This document shows positions 1 through 10,688 of a stretch of DNA of 64,000 nucleotides, one piece after another. The stretch's first letter is position 1. Each line of letters opens with the position of its first letter. The DNA is from Candidatus Omnitrophota bacterium (GTDB lineage Bacteria; Omnitrophota; Gorgyraeia; Zapsychrales; Zapsychraceae): the NCBI GenBank assembly GCA_028280285.1, contig JANQMA010000044.1, positions 1,521 through 65,520 on the forward strand, given 5' to 3'. The translations under genes were made by a program, and so were the position numbers. Below the pieces are notes generated by a model. The model was not told the origin of the DNA, did no database searches, and worked only from the letters and a program-made list of their open reading frames with translations.

Positions 1-1
1 T

Positions 2-934
2 GTCGGGCCGGAGACCCTGGATTTAGCTGTTTCGCCGATTTTGAATGAAAAAGGTGAGTTTACCATGACTATGGTTTCCTGGTCGGTGGTGACAGACAGA
101 GTTAAAATGGCCGATGATTTTGAATCAGAAATCGGTGGCATTGTCAGCACTGTCTCGGATGCAGCACGTGAGATGCTTGAAAAAAGTGGTGTTCTTGCAT
201 CCTCTTCAGAGGAAACGGTTCGCCAAGCGCAATCGGTTGCGTCTGCTTCTGAAGAGGCTTCGGCTAATGTGAATACTGTTGCCTCAGCTGCCGAGGAGAT
301 GTCGGCCAGTATTAAAGAAATTGCGTCGCAGGTGCAGGAGTCGGCATCGATTGCCCAACAAGCGGTTAAGTCGTCTAATCAAACCGGGGAGACAATGAAA
401 AAGCTTGATATCTCAAGCCAAGAGATTGGTCAGGTTGTTAAGGTGATTAATTCGATTGCGCAGCAAACTAATCTGCTTGCGCTTAATGCAACCATTGAGG
501 CGGCCCGCGCCGGTGAGGCCGGTAAAGGTTTTGCGGTTGTAGCGAATGAGGTTAAAGAGCTTGCCAAACAAACTGCCAAGGCGACAGGGGAAATCGAACA
601 GAAAATCAGTGGTGTTCAAAATGATACAAAATCAGCTGTTGATTCTATTGCGGAAATCTCAGAGGTTATTAACCGTGTTGATCAAATTGCCGGTACTATT
701 TCCGCTGCTGTTGAAGAACAAAGTGCATCAACGGCTGAAATTGCCCGGAATGTGAGCGAAGCTTCCAAAGGAACCGCCGATGTAACGAAGACAATTACAG
801 AGGTTACGAAAGTCGCGGAGAGCTCCGGAAGAGATGCCAGCAACATCAAGGAATCGTCTGAAAGTTTAGGAAGCGAATCAAGTAAGCTTTCTCAAGCAGC
901 ACAGCAGTTTCTTGAAAAGATGAGAGCTTTTTAA
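2..934 (+). CDS. mcp: Methyl-accepting chemotaxis protein, C-terminal signalling domain (5'-truncated by window edge)
   Basis: The reading frame is open from nt 2. It carries the conserved MCP signalling-hairpin motif [29 protein letters not shown]. Confidence 0.85.
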   Translation, partial: VGPETLDLAVSPILNEKGEFTMTMVSWSVVTDRVKMADDFESEIGGIVSTVSDAAREMLEKSGVLASSSEETVRQAQSVASASEEASANVNTVASAAEEMSASIKEIASQVQESASIAQQAVKSSNQTGETMKKLDISSQEIGQVVKVINSIAQQTNLLALNATIEAARAGEAGKGFAVVANEVKELAKQTAKATGEIEQKISGVQNDTKSAVDSIAEISEVINRVDQIAGTISAAVEEQSASTAEIARNVSEASKGTADVTKTITEVTKVAESSGRDASNIKESSESLGSESSKLSQAAQQFLEKMRAF

Positions 935-1029
935 GTTATTGAAATTTAGAATTACACTATTTAATCAATTACTTTAAAAGGATCATAATAAAATCCCACG
1001 GGCAGGGCTGTGGGATTTTATTATGTGGG

Positions 1030-2100
1030 GTGAATATGGGGGAAGAAAATAAAGAAAAAATAAATGTCCTGGTCGTCGATGATTCGGCGATTATCCGCGG
1101 CAGTATTATTGAGATGCTGGAGTCGCAAGACGATATCAATATTGTGGGTTCTGTTGAAAACGGAGAGCTTTGTCTTAAAAAGCTTGAAAAAGAAGACGTA
1201 GATATTGTGACGCTGGATATCGATATGCCGGTTATGGATGGACTGACAGCCTTGGGGCATATTGCCGAGCGTTTTCCGGAAGTTAAAGTGATTATGTTTA
1301 GCACCTTAACGGAAAAAGGATCTAAAGAAACCTTTCAGGCTTTATCTAAGGGAGCGAGTGATTTTTTAACCAAGCCTGGCTCGCGTGCGCATGGTGGGAT
1401 GAGCGTTAAGGAAGTAACTGTTTTATTGCTTGAAAAAATCCGGGGGTTGGCCCCTAAAGAAAAGCAAAGAGAGCATGTGCCGGATTCCACAAATGTGAAA
1501 CTCAAAGAGGCAAAGCTTCATGTAAAGCCTAGCGTCCTTTTAATAGGATCGAGCACAGGAGGACCGGATGCCTTAAGTATTTTTTTCAATCAGCTTGCTT
1601 TGGCCGGGGCCAGTTTACCGCCTGTTCTTGTGGCCCAACATATGCCGCCTTTATTTACGGAACAATTAGCCAAGCGTTTGGGCTTCGACTCTGGTATTGA
1701 ATGCAAAGAAGGGGAGGATCGTGAAATAATTAAATCAGGGGTGGTGTATATTGCTCCGGGCGATTATCATATGGTAGTTAAAAAGGATGGGGATGATACT
1801 ATCCTTTCGCTTAATCAAAAGGAAAGGATTAATTATTGCCGTCCGGCTGTCGATCCTTTGTTTGAATCAGCGGCTGAAATTTATGGGTCAAAGATACTTG
1901 CCGTTATCCTGACAGGTATGGGGCGCGACGGTTGTGATGGATCTAAAACAATTGTGGACAAAGGCGGTGTTGTCATTGCCCAGGATGAGGAATCATCTGT
2001 TGTGTGGGGTATGCCGGGCGCTGTTGCGGAAGCGGGCATTGCCTCAGCACTTCTTCCCGTTGATCAACTTGCTGACTATGTAAAAAGGAAAATCACATGA
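1030..2100 (+). CDS. cheB: Chemotaxis response regulator protein-glutamate methylesterase CheB (REC + methylesterase)
   Basis: N-terminal receiver (VLVVDDSAIIRG...DIDMPVMDG) and C-terminal CheB esterase motifs (LLIGSSTGGPDAL, GMGRDG). Confidence 0.9.
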   Translation: MNMGEENKEKINVLVVDDSAIIRGSIIEMLESQDDINIVGSVENGELCLKKLEKEDVDIVTLDIDMPVMDGLTALGHIAERFPEVKVIMFSTLTEKGSKETFQALSKGASDFLTKPGSRAHGGMSVKEVTVLLLEKIRGLAPKEKQREHVPDSTNVKLKEAKLHVKPSVLLIGSSTGGPDALSIFFNQLALAGASLPPVLVAQHMPPLFTEQLAKRLGFDSGIECKEGEDREIIKSGVVYIAPGDYHMVVKKDGDDTILSLNQKERINYCRPAVDPLFESAAEIYGSKILAVILTGMGRDGCDGSKTIVDKGGVVIAQDEESSVVWGMPGAVAEAGIASALLPVDQLADYVKRKIT

Positions 2101-2915
2101 TTATTGACGACAAAAGTTATAATTCCTTGGCCTCATTTTTAAAATCCCAAATGGGTCTCACTCTTGATGGGGATAAAAAATATCTTTTAGAAACTCGCCT
2201 GGAACCCCTATTACAAGAACATAACATTCCTGATTTTAAAGATCTGGTTTTCCAACTGGAGCAGACAAATAATAAGGTGCTTATAAATGAAGTATGTGAT
2301 GCGCTAACAACTAATGAATCACTCTTTTTTAGAGATGCAAAACCGTTTGAACTTTTAAAGACGGAGCTTCTTCCACAGATCATTAAACAGAATGAAGCGA
2401 CGAAGAAGGTAATGATCTGGTCGGTGGCGGCATCCACAGGCCAGGAAGCGTATTCTATATCGATGACAATCGATGAGACTTTTCTGCATTATAAAGACTG
2501 GGATTTTAAAATTATTGGGACTGATATTTCGGATATCGCTTTAGACAAGGCTAAACAGGGTGTTTATAGCGAATTTGAAGTTCGCAGAGGATTAACAGAA
2601 GAACACTTAAGAAAGTTTTTTACACAGGAGGACAAAGACTGGAAGATTAATGACCGGATTAAAGACCGGGTCGAGTTCCGCAAATTCAACTTAATCGAAG
2701 ATTTTAGTTATATGGAGACATTCGACATTATTTTTTGCCGCAATGTACTCATCTATTTTGATGTTGCCATGAAGCAGCAAGTGGTTAAAAATTTAAGCAG
2801 GCATTTAACACAAACAGGATATTTCTTTTTAGGGGCAACGGAATCGTTGATCGGTATATCCGATGATTTTGTCAAGGCCAGTGATCTGACGGCCGTTTAT
2901 AAAAAGAAACTCTAA
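2097..2915 (+). CDS. cheR: Chemotaxis protein methyltransferase CheR
   Basis: CheR N-domain (FFRDAKPFELL) plus SAM-MTase fold (WSVAASTGQEAYSI). The start overlaps the cheB stop in an ATGA overlap. Confidence 0.9.
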   Translation: MIIDDKSYNSLASFLKSQMGLTLDGDKKYLLETRLEPLLQEHNIPDFKDLVFQLEQTNNKVLINEVCDALTTNESLFFRDAKPFELLKTELLPQIIKQNEATKKVMIWSVAASTGQEAYSISMTIDETFLHYKDWDFKIIGTDISDIALDKAKQGVYSEFEVRRGLTEEHLRKFFTQEDKDWKINDRIKDRVEFRKFNLIEDFSYMETFDIIFCRNVLIYFDVAMKQQVVKNLSRHLTQTGYFFLGATESLIGISDDFVKASDLTAVYKKKL

Positions 2916-2931
2916 AATTGTAAGGAAAAGT

Positions 2932-3906
2932 ATGAGTAATACATCAGTCGAAAAACCATCCTTCCATGTTGAAGATCATTTATTCAGCAATCCTTCCGGG
3001 CCGCGACTATGTTGCCACTCGGCGAGTATCTTTGAGACACAATCAAAAAAGCTGATTGTGACCTGGTACGCTTATGAAAGTGAAGAGACAGAAGCGGCGA
3101 CATTGGTTGTCGCGCAAAAATCTATTGATGGCCGGAAGTGGGGCGCGCCTAAGTTTGTTTTTACGGAACCAACCTCGTCATTAGGTAATCCTTGTCTTTA
3201 TCAGGAAGAGAGCGGAAGATTATGGCTTTTATATGTAACGCTTAAAGGTAATTACTGGGACAGTGCTAATATCTGCGGCATCTATAGCGATGATGACGGT
3301 ATTAACTGGTCCAGTTCGCAGACGATTTGTATGGACAAAGGGATTATGATTCGTCACAATCCAATTGCCTTTGATGCGAATCATGCCCTTGTCCCGGCCT
3401 ATGATGAAAGTAGTGGGGAGACTATTCTGTTTAAGACGGGCGATCCTTTTTCTAAATGGCAGGAGATGTACCGTTTTAAAAATTTTCCTCTTTTTCAGCC
3501 CTCTCTAATTCGTATTGACGATCAAAAACTGCTTATTTTTTTCAGGCCCAAGACAGATCCCCGTCTTATTTGGCGTAGTTTTTCAACCGATAATGGGAAA
3601 AACTGGGGGGTTCCTATCAAAACAGCTTTGGAAAATCCATTAAGCGGATTGGATATCACGGCCTATGACGATAAAGTTATATTATTATATAACCCTACCG
3701 ATGAATCACGATGGCCGCTTTCGATTAATTACTCGACCAACGAAGGATTGACTTGGCGGGATCCAGTCACACTCGAAGGCGCTGACTTTGAAGTCTCTTA
3801 TCCGGCGATTATTACGGGATCGGATGGCAAGTGTCATGGCGTCTTTACGTATAACCGACGAAAAATAAAATATGTAAGTTTTGATCCGGAGGGGCTATGG
3901 GTTTAG
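2932..3906 (+). CDS. BNR/Asp-box repeat protein, sialidase (exo-alpha-sialidase)-like glycosyl hydrolase
   Basis: Three Asp-box motifs (SDDDGINW, STDNGKNW, STNEGLTW). No obvious signal peptide. Confidence 0.6.
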   Translation: MSNTSVEKPSFHVEDHLFSNPSGPRLCCHSASIFETQSKKLIVTWYAYESEETEAATLVVAQKSIDGRKWGAPKFVFTEPTSSLGNPCLYQEESGRLWLLYVTLKGNYWDSANICGIYSDDDGINWSSSQTICMDKGIMIRHNPIAFDANHALVPAYDESSGETILFKTGDPFSKWQEMYRFKNFPLFQPSLIRIDDQKLLIFFRPKTDPRLIWRSFSTDNGKNWGVPIKTALENPLSGLDITAYDDKVILLYNPTDESRWPLSINYSTNEGLTWRDPVTLEGADFEVSYPAIITGSDGKCHGVFTYNRRKIKYVSFDPEGLWV

Positions 3907-4511
3907 AAAATATTCAAGATTTTAAAAATATACATAGAGATAAGAACTTATTCATCCTTGCGTCAGGTTCTTCGCTTAATGATTGTGATTTAAGCAAGCT
4001 TAAAAACAAAATTGTTATGGGATTAAACAGATCGTTTAAGGCCTATCCGGAACCGTATTATCACTGTGTCATGGATTTAAGGCTTTTTGAAATGTATAAT
4101 CAGGAGTTTAGAAAGGCAAGGTATTTATTTACATTGGAGGGTCGCCCCTTTGGCGTTCCAATTAAATTATTAGGGGCTGAGGGCTTTAGTTTTGATTTAG
4201 AAGAAGGCATTTATACGGGATATACCATTTGTTATTTAGCCATGCAATTGGCCTGCTATATGGGATTTAAGAAGATATTTTTTCTTGGGCTCGACTTAAA
4301 ACATGAAGGCTATAACACTCACTTTTTTGGTCATGATGCCAATACGGCCGGCACGTCTTATGAAGAATCCGAGTTTGTCAAAATGAAAAGAATGCTCGAG
4401 CAAGGTGCTAAAACCTTAAGAGACCAAGGGTACAGAGTCTATAATTGTAGTCCCGTTTCTAATTTGAAAAATTTCGAAAAGGTAGACTATGAGTGGACGC
4501 TTCAGCAATAG
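3897..4511 (+). CDS. DUF115 (MptE/Maf-like) / GT42 sialyltransferase-like protein
   Basis: ASGSSL motif near the N-terminus and FFLGLDLKHEGYNTHFFGHD. These resemble the AGNGPSL and YLSGIDFY motifs of the Cst-II/Maf family. Confidence 0.45.
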   Translation: MGLENIQDFKNIHRDKNLFILASGSSLNDCDLSKLKNKIVMGLNRSFKAYPEPYYHCVMDLRLFEMYNQEFRKARYLFTLEGRPFGVPIKLLGAEGFSFDLEEGIYTGYTICYLAMQLACYMGFKKIFFLGLDLKHEGYNTHFFGHDANTAGTSYEESEFVKMKRMLEQGAKTLRDQGYRVYNCSPVSNLKNFEKVDYEWTLQQ

Positions 4512-5088
4512 AAAAATACTCACATCAAAGCCTGCCCTCGACGAGTATAATCAAAAATATCATGAATTATATTTTTCGTTGGGAGATGCAGCGACCTACA
4601 AAAGGCTGCGTATTGTTGAATCTGGTTTGGTGAGTTGTTTTGATGATTCCAATATATATGATCCACAAAAACTTCAAGTTATGTCTTTGACCAAAGAAGG
4701 GGAAGTTCTAGGTGTTACGTCATTCGGAATTTTTACGAATAGTAAACGAACCGAAAGTCAAAATTTATATGCACGCATCGATTTGGTTATTACAGAAAAA
4801 AAATGGCGTGGGTTTGGCGTCGCAAGGATTTTAGTTTTAAGCGTTCTGGTTTATATTCTTGAGTTATATCGCAAACGTTTGTACTCAATAAGTTGTTTGG
4901 CCGCGCATGAGGCTATTGCCAATATTTTAGAAAGTATTTCATTTACGGGTGACAGGCGTGATGAAAAAGGCTTTACGCATGAAACACTTAGCTTTGAAGC
5001 AATTGATCCGAATGAGTACTTTACCGTGCGTAAATCCGAATTAGAGGACAATTTGGATAAGTGCTATCAAAAGTTGTATAAAAAATGA
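4489..5088 (+). CDS. GNAT-family N-acetyltransferase-like protein
   Basis: WRGFGVA matches the R-x-x-G-x-G/A acetyl-CoA-binding motif. It overlaps the previous gene by 23 nt. Confidence 0.4.
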   Translation: MSGRFSNRKILTSKPALDEYNQKYHELYFSLGDAATYKRLRIVESGLVSCFDDSNIYDPQKLQVMSLTKEGEVLGVTSFGIFTNSKRTESQNLYARIDLVITEKKWRGFGVARILVLSVLVYILELYRKRLYSISCLAAHEAIANILESISFTGDRRDEKGFTHETLSFEAIDPNEYFTVRKSELEDNLDKCYQKLYKK

Positions 5089-6068
5089 CATCTTCCCGGT
5101 TTGGATATTTTTGGAACAAAGAGTTAAGTTTAAGAAATACCGGTGCCCTTTGTCCGGAATCACCGGCGAGATATGATATTCTTGCGCCTAACCGGGTATT
5201 TACCGACGGAATAAAATACCAGCATTGTGATTTTACCGCGTTTAATCCCCGTATCTTAAACAGTGCGCATGATGCGGAGTATATTCAGCATGTTCGAGAT
5301 GCGTATAAAAACAATATCCGTTATTTAGATGCGCGCGACACTGTTGTCACGGAAGATATTTTTGATAAAGCTGTTCTCTCGGCAAGCGCGGGATGCCATG
5401 CTGTGGATAAAGTGATGCAGGGCGAGCTCATGACGGCATTTTGTGTGGTAAGGCCTCCCGGTCATCATGCCAACCGTATCCGCGGGATGGGTTTTTGTGT
5501 CTTTAATAATGTTGCGGTTGCCGCCAAGTATACCCAGGATAATTATGATATCGAGCGTGTAATGATTGTTGATTGGGATGTTCATCCTGGTAATGGTACC
5601 CAGGAAATACTTTATGAAGATCCGAGTGTTTTAACTATATCATTGCACCAAGCTGATTTATTTCAAGGAACAGGAGAGGAGAGTTTGACTGGTCGTGGGG
5701 AGGGAGAAGGGTTTAATCAAAATGTTGCCTTTCCGGGTAATATTAAACCTGATGAATATATTAAACGATTTGAAGAGGTTATTGGTCAAAGTGCGCAAAA
5801 ATATAAACCAGAACTTTTACTTATTTCCGCCGGGTTTGATGCGCACAAAAATGATCATGTCTCACAGATCGCTTTATCCGACGAGGATTTTGCAAAAATG
5901 ACCGACATTATTTTAAACGTGACCCAAGCTTTTACCAAGGGGCGCACAGTCAGTGTGCTTGAAGGAGGATATAATATCGGATCTTTGCTCTCTGGAGTGC
6001 GAGCGCACTGTGGTGTGCTGTCGCAATTTGCTGAAACTCAATCAAAGAAGGGAAACTCATATGTCTAA
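5085..6068 (+). CDS. Histone deacetylase / acetoin utilisation AcuC-family deacetylase (arginase-deacetylase fold)
   Basis: PPGHHA, FCVFNNVAVAA, DWDVHPGNGTQ, SAGFDAHKND and EGGYN are classic HDAC catalytic motifs. Confidence 0.8.
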   Translation: MTSSRFGYFWNKELSLRNTGALCPESPARYDILAPNRVFTDGIKYQHCDFTAFNPRILNSAHDAEYIQHVRDAYKNNIRYLDARDTVVTEDIFDKAVLSASAGCHAVDKVMQGELMTAFCVVRPPGHHANRIRGMGFCVFNNVAVAAKYTQDNYDIERVMIVDWDVHPGNGTQEILYEDPSVLTISLHQADLFQGTGEESLTGRGEGEGFNQNVAFPGNIKPDEYIKRFEEVIGQSAQKYKPELLLISAGFDAHKNDHVSQIALSDEDFAKMTDIILNVTQAFTKGRTVSVLEGGYNIGSLLSGVRAHCGVLSQFAETQSKKGNSYV

Positions 6069-6441
6069 AGAAGTAATCTTTATCCGTCTTGTCCAAATTG
6101 TCATCAGTTTGAATACACTTATTTTTATTTACGGCATTATGCAAGCGAAGAAAGGCAATATTGATCTGCACAAAAAAATCAACGGCGTAACCGCTCTTGT
6201 CACAATTCTTGGTGTTATTGGTTTAGTGATAACGGTTATACTTGGGTTTGATTATCATTCATTAACAACCCCATTAAGGATGACGATTCACCGGTCTTTC
6301 GCCAGTCCTTTATTTGTTTTACTTCTTCTGACGGTTTATTTTGGATGGCGTGAGAATCGTGCGTGGCATTTACGTCTTGTTTATATAACAATCCCTTTTT
6401 GGTTAGGGACATTTATTACGGGCATAGTATTTTTCTTATGA
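6061..6441 (+). CDS. Small integral membrane protein (4 predicted TM), DUF420-like
   Basis: The ORF-track start (5953) overlaps the deacetylase gene. An internal ATG at 6061 gives a compact hydrophobic protein of about 127 aa. Confidence 0.45.
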   Translation: MSKEVIFIRLVQIVISLNTLIFIYGIMQAKKGNIDLHKKINGVTALVTILGVIGLVITVILGFDYHSLTTPLRMTIHRSFASPLFVLLLLTVYFGWRENRAWHLRLVYITIPFWLGTFITGIVFFL

Positions 6442-7955
6442 AACGCGGACTTAAGTACGGCCAAGCGCTTAGTTATGGTGCCTTGGCCAAATTCACTCCA
6501 GGCGAAAATGCCAAGAAGGCACTTAGACGGGCCTTTGCCAAAAAACTCGTCGAGCTTCGCGGTGTTCCCATGAAGTTAAGCCAAATCCTTTCTATGGGAA
6601 ATAGTGCAGAGCAGACATTGGCGCATAAAGAAGCGATTGTTGATATTGAGCCGATGCCATTTGCATTTGTCGAAGAATATCTCCAAAAGAATGCTTCCGG
6701 TTTAATGGAAAAAGTGAGTGTCATCGAACCACAAGGTTTGGCCGCTTCCCTCGGGCAAGTTCATAAAGCAGAGACTAAAAATAAAGACACGCTTGCGATT
6801 AAAATAAAATATCCTGATATTTTTTCGCACATGGATATGGATAATGCCTTGTTCGGACTTGTGACAAAGACATTTAATAATTTTAAAGAAGGCTTTACTC
6901 TTCAGGATTATCAGAAAATTATACGCGCCGAATTAGAAGGCGAATTGGATTATCCACAGGAAGTAAAAAAACAACAAGAGCTTTTTGCCATATTTTCTAA
7001 TTCAGATACGATTGTTATTCCTCAGGCATTTCAAGAAATGTCGGGTGAGGATCACATTGCGATGACATGGGAGGATGGCCTTCCGATCGATTCATTTTTA
7101 AAACAGGCCAATGATCGTCAGAAAAAAGATATCGTTAATTCTTTCCTTGATTTTTATTTCACGGCTATATTTGAACATGGTATCATTCATGCCGATCCCA
7201 ATCGCGGTAATTTTGCGTTTCGTGTCCAAGGGGAAGAAGCCAAGCTTGTTGTTTATGACTTTGGTTCTGTTGTTTATTTTGATCGTGAGCGGGCCCTTGC
7301 GCTTTTAAAAATTATGCAGTTAACGAAAAGGGGGGAAGGTGACCTCTTGCCGTGGTTGGTGCAAGTCGGTTTTGATGCGGAATTACTCAAACCATTGCAA
7401 AAGAGTTTGCTTGCTTTCTGTGAACTCTTGTTTGAGCCATTCTTATCAGAAAGGCGTTATGATTTAAACACTTGGAATCGTAAAAAAAGAGCAGAGGATA
7501 TCCTCGGGGAGCATCGTTGGAATTTTATGATTGCGGCCAATGCCGATTTGCTTCCCTTTATGCGCGCGATGCAGGGATTATTTTATTATCTTAATGAGTT
7601 AGATGTAGGAATGTATGCACGACCCAAGGTTGAGCAGCTATGGAGTAAATGCAGAGAAGAATTAAGGAGTTTACAGCCGCCGCAGGTGGAGGGTGAGTCT
7701 ATTGATTTGGCCATGGCTAAGTATTTAAAGATACAGGTCTTTGAAAATGGGCAACAAAAGGTCGCATTGTCTTTCCCACGCATGAGCATTGAGAATTTGG
7801 AAGATATTGTCCCCGATGATGTGGAAGAAAAGCTTCATGAACAAAATATTAAAATTGATGACATTGTACAAAAGTCCAGGCAAAATGGGTATGAACCAAT
7901 GGATTTGTTTAAAGTAAGCAAGGGGACCAAAAATATAAGAGTAGCGCTGGAGTGA
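6438..7955 (+). CDS. ABC1/UbiB/ADCK-family atypical protein kinase
   Basis: ABC1 kinase motifs (LGQVHKAETKNKDTLAIKIKYPDI, HADPNRGNF, VYDFG). Start chosen at ATG 6438, which overlaps the previous stop (ATGA). Confidence 0.75.
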   Translation: MKRGLKYGQALSYGALAKFTPGENAKKALRRAFAKKLVELRGVPMKLSQILSMGNSAEQTLAHKEAIVDIEPMPFAFVEEYLQKNASGLMEKVSVIEPQGLAASLGQVHKAETKNKDTLAIKIKYPDIFSHMDMDNALFGLVTKTFNNFKEGFTLQDYQKIIRAELEGELDYPQEVKKQQELFAIFSNSDTIVIPQAFQEMSGEDHIAMTWEDGLPIDSFLKQANDRQKKDIVNSFLDFYFTAIFEHGIIHADPNRGNFAFRVQGEEAKLVVYDFGSVVYFDRERALALLKIMQLTKRGEGDLLPWLVQVGFDAELLKPLQKSLLAFCELLFEPFLSERRYDLNTWNRKKRAEDILGEHRWNFMIAANADLLPFMRAMQGLFYYLNELDVGMYARPKVEQLWSKCREELRSLQPPQVEGESIDLAMAKYLKIQVFENGQQKVALSFPRMSIENLEDIVPDDVEEKLHEQNIKIDDIVQKSRQNGYEPMDLFKVSKGTKNIRVALE

Positions 7956-7967
7956 TCCCGTGGAGGT

Positions 7968-8312
7968 GTGATTATGAAACGGTTTTTAAGAGTGGAGTTT
8001 CTAGACGGATCTATCTGGGATATCCCATTGCATTATATTGCGACCGAAGTTGCTAAAATGCTTACCGATGAGGAGACCGGAACGGATAAATTTCAAGGTG
8101 GTGAAGTTTACAGGCAAGTGTATAAAAGAGTGTGGGAAGATCTATTTCAGGATGAAAACCGATTGGTTGAATATGCACAGTCAAAAACGGGTTGGGAGGA
8201 TTATAAAAAGTTTGCTAAGTGTGCTAAAGAGAAAACTATAGATTTACCTGCCGAGGTCGAGCACGCGGTCGAATGGCCGAAAGCAAAAATGGAAGTGATT
8301 ATTATGGCATGA
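7968..8312 (+). CDS. Hypothetical protein
   Basis: ORF with coding-like composition in operon context. No family recognised. Confidence 0.35.
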   Translation: MIMKRFLRVEFLDGSIWDIPLHYIATEVAKMLTDEETGTDKFQGGEVYRQVYKRVWEDLFQDENRLVEYAQSKTGWEDYKKFAKCAKEKTIDLPAEVEHAVEWPKAKMEVIIMA

Positions 8313-8674
8313 AGAAAATCATTTTAAATATCTGTGGCTTATCATGCGTTGTCCTTGCCGGCATTGGAACGGTTGTGCCGGGGTTGCCGACAACGCCTTT
8401 TTTACTCGTTGCGGCTGCCTGCTTTGCCAAATCATCCCCCAAACTCCACAACTGGCTTTTGACCAACAAAGTCTTTGGTCCGATTATCAAAAATTGGCAG
8501 GAAACAAGAACAATACCCAAACGGGCCAAGTGGATTTCTTTAATTACCGTTATTCTTGTTGCAACCTGCTCGATTTTTACCTTAAACAATGTGTATTTGA
8601 AGGCAATGATTGTTATTATCCTTATTTTTCCGATTATTTTTCTATTTCGGCTTAAGGAAACAGAGGCGCTTTGA
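8309..8674 (+). CDS. DUF454 / YbaN-family inner-membrane protein
   Basis: GLPTTPFLLVAAACFAKSSPKLHNWLL is typical of YbaN. Internal ATG at 8309 is preferred over the overlapping upstream start. Confidence 0.7.
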   Translation: MKKIILNICGLSCVVLAGIGTVVPGLPTTPFLLVAAACFAKSSPKLHNWLLTNKVFGPIIKNWQETRTIPKRAKWISLITVILVATCSIFTLNNVYLKAMIVIILIFPIIFLFRLKETEAL

Positions 8675-8875
8675 GGTGATTTTAAATCAGTAGCCTGAAT
8701 TTTTTATGAAAAATTTAACAATTTACTTGCCTTTTATATTTTTATAGTAATAATAAATTCATATATAACTTTACTTTAAATTGCTGCAAACAAACAAGAT
8801 AGAAATAAATCATACAAAAAAGCCTTTAAGTCAGGTAATCATGCGTTATTCTCCATATAAAGGCAAGGAGCGGAC

Positions 8876-10648
8876 ATGTTTAATTTGAAAAATCTCGGTT
8901 TAGCACCAAAAATTATGAGTATTATAGCAATTGCATTTCTTATCAGCGGTTTAATCACATCAATTATATCCAGCAAGGCTTTAGAAAAAAGGGCCAATGA
9001 AGAGCTTGTGGCCAAATCGCGTGCGATTGCGCAAATTGCTGAAAATGCACGTAATTACACAGCACAATCACGTTCTAAATATGGTGTTTATCATGATGAA
9101 AAACTTCTTGGCGAGGTAGAACGACTAAAAGCAGAAAAAGGGGGAAGGGCTTTAACCATAGAGGAAATCCGTCAAACCGGTTTTTATAAGACGATTCCGG
9201 TTGTAGTTGCTTGGCAAAACGCAGAAAAAGAAGCAGAGAAAGCTGGGTATAGCTTTAATGTGCCAGCGTTTGATGCAAGAAATCCTGAAAATGCGCCTAA
9301 TGATTTTGAGGCTAAAATGCTCAAGGAGCTCAAATCCAAAAAGCTGGACGAACTCTACCGTATAGATGAAGAAGAAAATGTTCTTAGATACATGAAGCCG
9401 GTTATTTTAAGTGAGGATTGTATGGTTTGCCACGGGCACCCTAAGGGAGAGCCTGATCCTGTCGGATTCCCGAAAGAGGGATGGGAGCCGGGCATGCAGC
9501 ACGGAGCATTTGAAATTATTTCGGATTTGGGTCCACTACAGGCCGATATACGGAAAAACGCCCTGATCAGTTTTCTGGCTATGGGAGTATGTATTGTGTT
9601 GGCCATTGCGGCGCTATGGATGTTTTTGCAAAAAAGCCTTTTTGGGCCTATTAATAAAGTTGTGGCCACGGCCGAATCCGTTGCCGGCGGTGATTTAACG
9701 CGGCAAGTCCAGATCAATTCGAATGATGAAATAGGCAAACTTGGCCAGGCATTTAATAAAATGACTGAAAGCATGAGCGCAGTGGTTAAAGAGATTAAGG
9801 CATCGTGCGAGACAATGCTTACGTCGTCAAAAGAGTTTGATAGCAGTTCACAACAAATTGCCGATGGGGCCAGCCAGCAGGCGGCATCGTTTGAAGAATT
9901 GTCCGGTTCTGTGCAGCTTAATGCCACTAATGCCGGAACGGCTAATGAACTCGCCCAAGGCTCGGCCAAAGATTGTGAGAAAATCGGTCAAAGTATGGAT
10001 AATGTTATTGATTCCATGAACACCATTGAAAAAAGTTCAAAGCAAATTAGCGAGGCCGCTGAAGTTATCTCAGATATTGCCGATCAAACTAACTTGCTTG
10101 CGCTTAATGCCGCGATCGAGGCGGCCCGTGCCGGTGAACATGGGAAAGGATTTGCCGTTGTGGCCGACGAGGTACGTAAACTGGCTGAGCGCAGTGCGGA
10201 TTCCGCTAAAGATATCACGAACTTGATGTCCGATAATAAACAACAAGTTGAGCAAGGCGCAGGATTGTCGAAAGATGCAGGAGAAAATTTAAAGAAAATT
10301 GTCGATGATATTGTAAAGGTGGCCAACCAGATTCAGGCTATCTCAACTGCTACTCAGGAACAGGCGGCGACAATGGAGGAAAATACTTCCATCACTGAGT
10401 CCAATGCCTCGGCAGCAGAACAGTTGGCCGCTGGTGCTCAGCAAATTTCATCACAGGCTGAAAATCTAAAAATAGCGGTAGACCGTTTTAAGGTTGACCA
10501 AAGTACAAGTGGCAATGGAGAAAGCCAGGCTCCAGCCGATACAGAACCAACATCTTCGCCGGTGCCGGCACCAGAAGCTAATAAAAGTAAACCAAAGGAT
10601 GCGGGGAGTGACGAGGGTGGTTCGGAAGATCCTTTAGCATTTGGTTAA
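8876..10648 (+). CDS. mcp: Methyl-accepting chemotaxis protein with periplasmic c-type haem (CXXCH, Tll0287/DUF3365-like) sensor, HAMP and MCP domains
   Basis: Topology TM1, about 190 aa periplasmic domain containing CMVCH, TM2, HAMP, then the MCP signalling domain ([29 protein letters not shown]). Good SD sequence (AAGGAG) upstream. Confidence 0.85.
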   Translation: MFNLKNLGLAPKIMSIIAIAFLISGLITSIISSKALEKRANEELVAKSRAIAQIAENARNYTAQSRSKYGVYHDEKLLGEVERLKAEKGGRALTIEEIRQTGFYKTIPVVVAWQNAEKEAEKAGYSFNVPAFDARNPENAPNDFEAKMLKELKSKKLDELYRIDEEENVLRYMKPVILSEDCMVCHGHPKGEPDPVGFPKEGWEPGMQHGAFEIISDLGPLQADIRKNALISFLAMGVCIVLAIAALWMFLQKSLFGPINKVVATAESVAGGDLTRQVQINSNDEIGKLGQAFNKMTESMSAVVKEIKASCETMLTSSKEFDSSSQQIADGASQQAASFEELSGSVQLNATNAGTANELAQGSAKDCEKIGQSMDNVIDSMNTIEKSSKQISEAAEVISDIADQTNLLALNAAIEAARAGEHGKGFAVVADEVRKLAERSADSAKDITNLMSDNKQQVEQGAGLSKDAGENLKKIVDDIVKVANQIQAISTATQEQAATMEENTSITESNASAAEQLAAGAQQISSQAENLKIAVDRFKVDQSTSGNGESQAPADTEPTSSPVPAPEANKSKPKDAGSDEGGSEDPLAFG

Positions 10649-10688
10649 ACAACTATGGATTTAAAAAACTGACTAAAGAAAATTAGCA

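Noticed and set aside
5953-6441. ORF-track start of membrane protein at 5953
   Set aside because: It overlaps 116 nt of the deacetylase gene. The internal ATG at 6061 gives a compact TM protein without overlap, so that start is preferred.
8344-8655. 103-aa ORF in alternative frame over ybaN-like gene
   Set aside because: Cys/Arg-rich nonsense translation. The DUF454 frame has the family signature.
9355-9969. 204-aa minus-strand ORF inside the haem-MCP gene
   Set aside because: Entirely antisense to a strongly supported MCP coding region. Low-complexity Ala/Ser-rich translation with no motif. Treated as a spurious shadow ORF.
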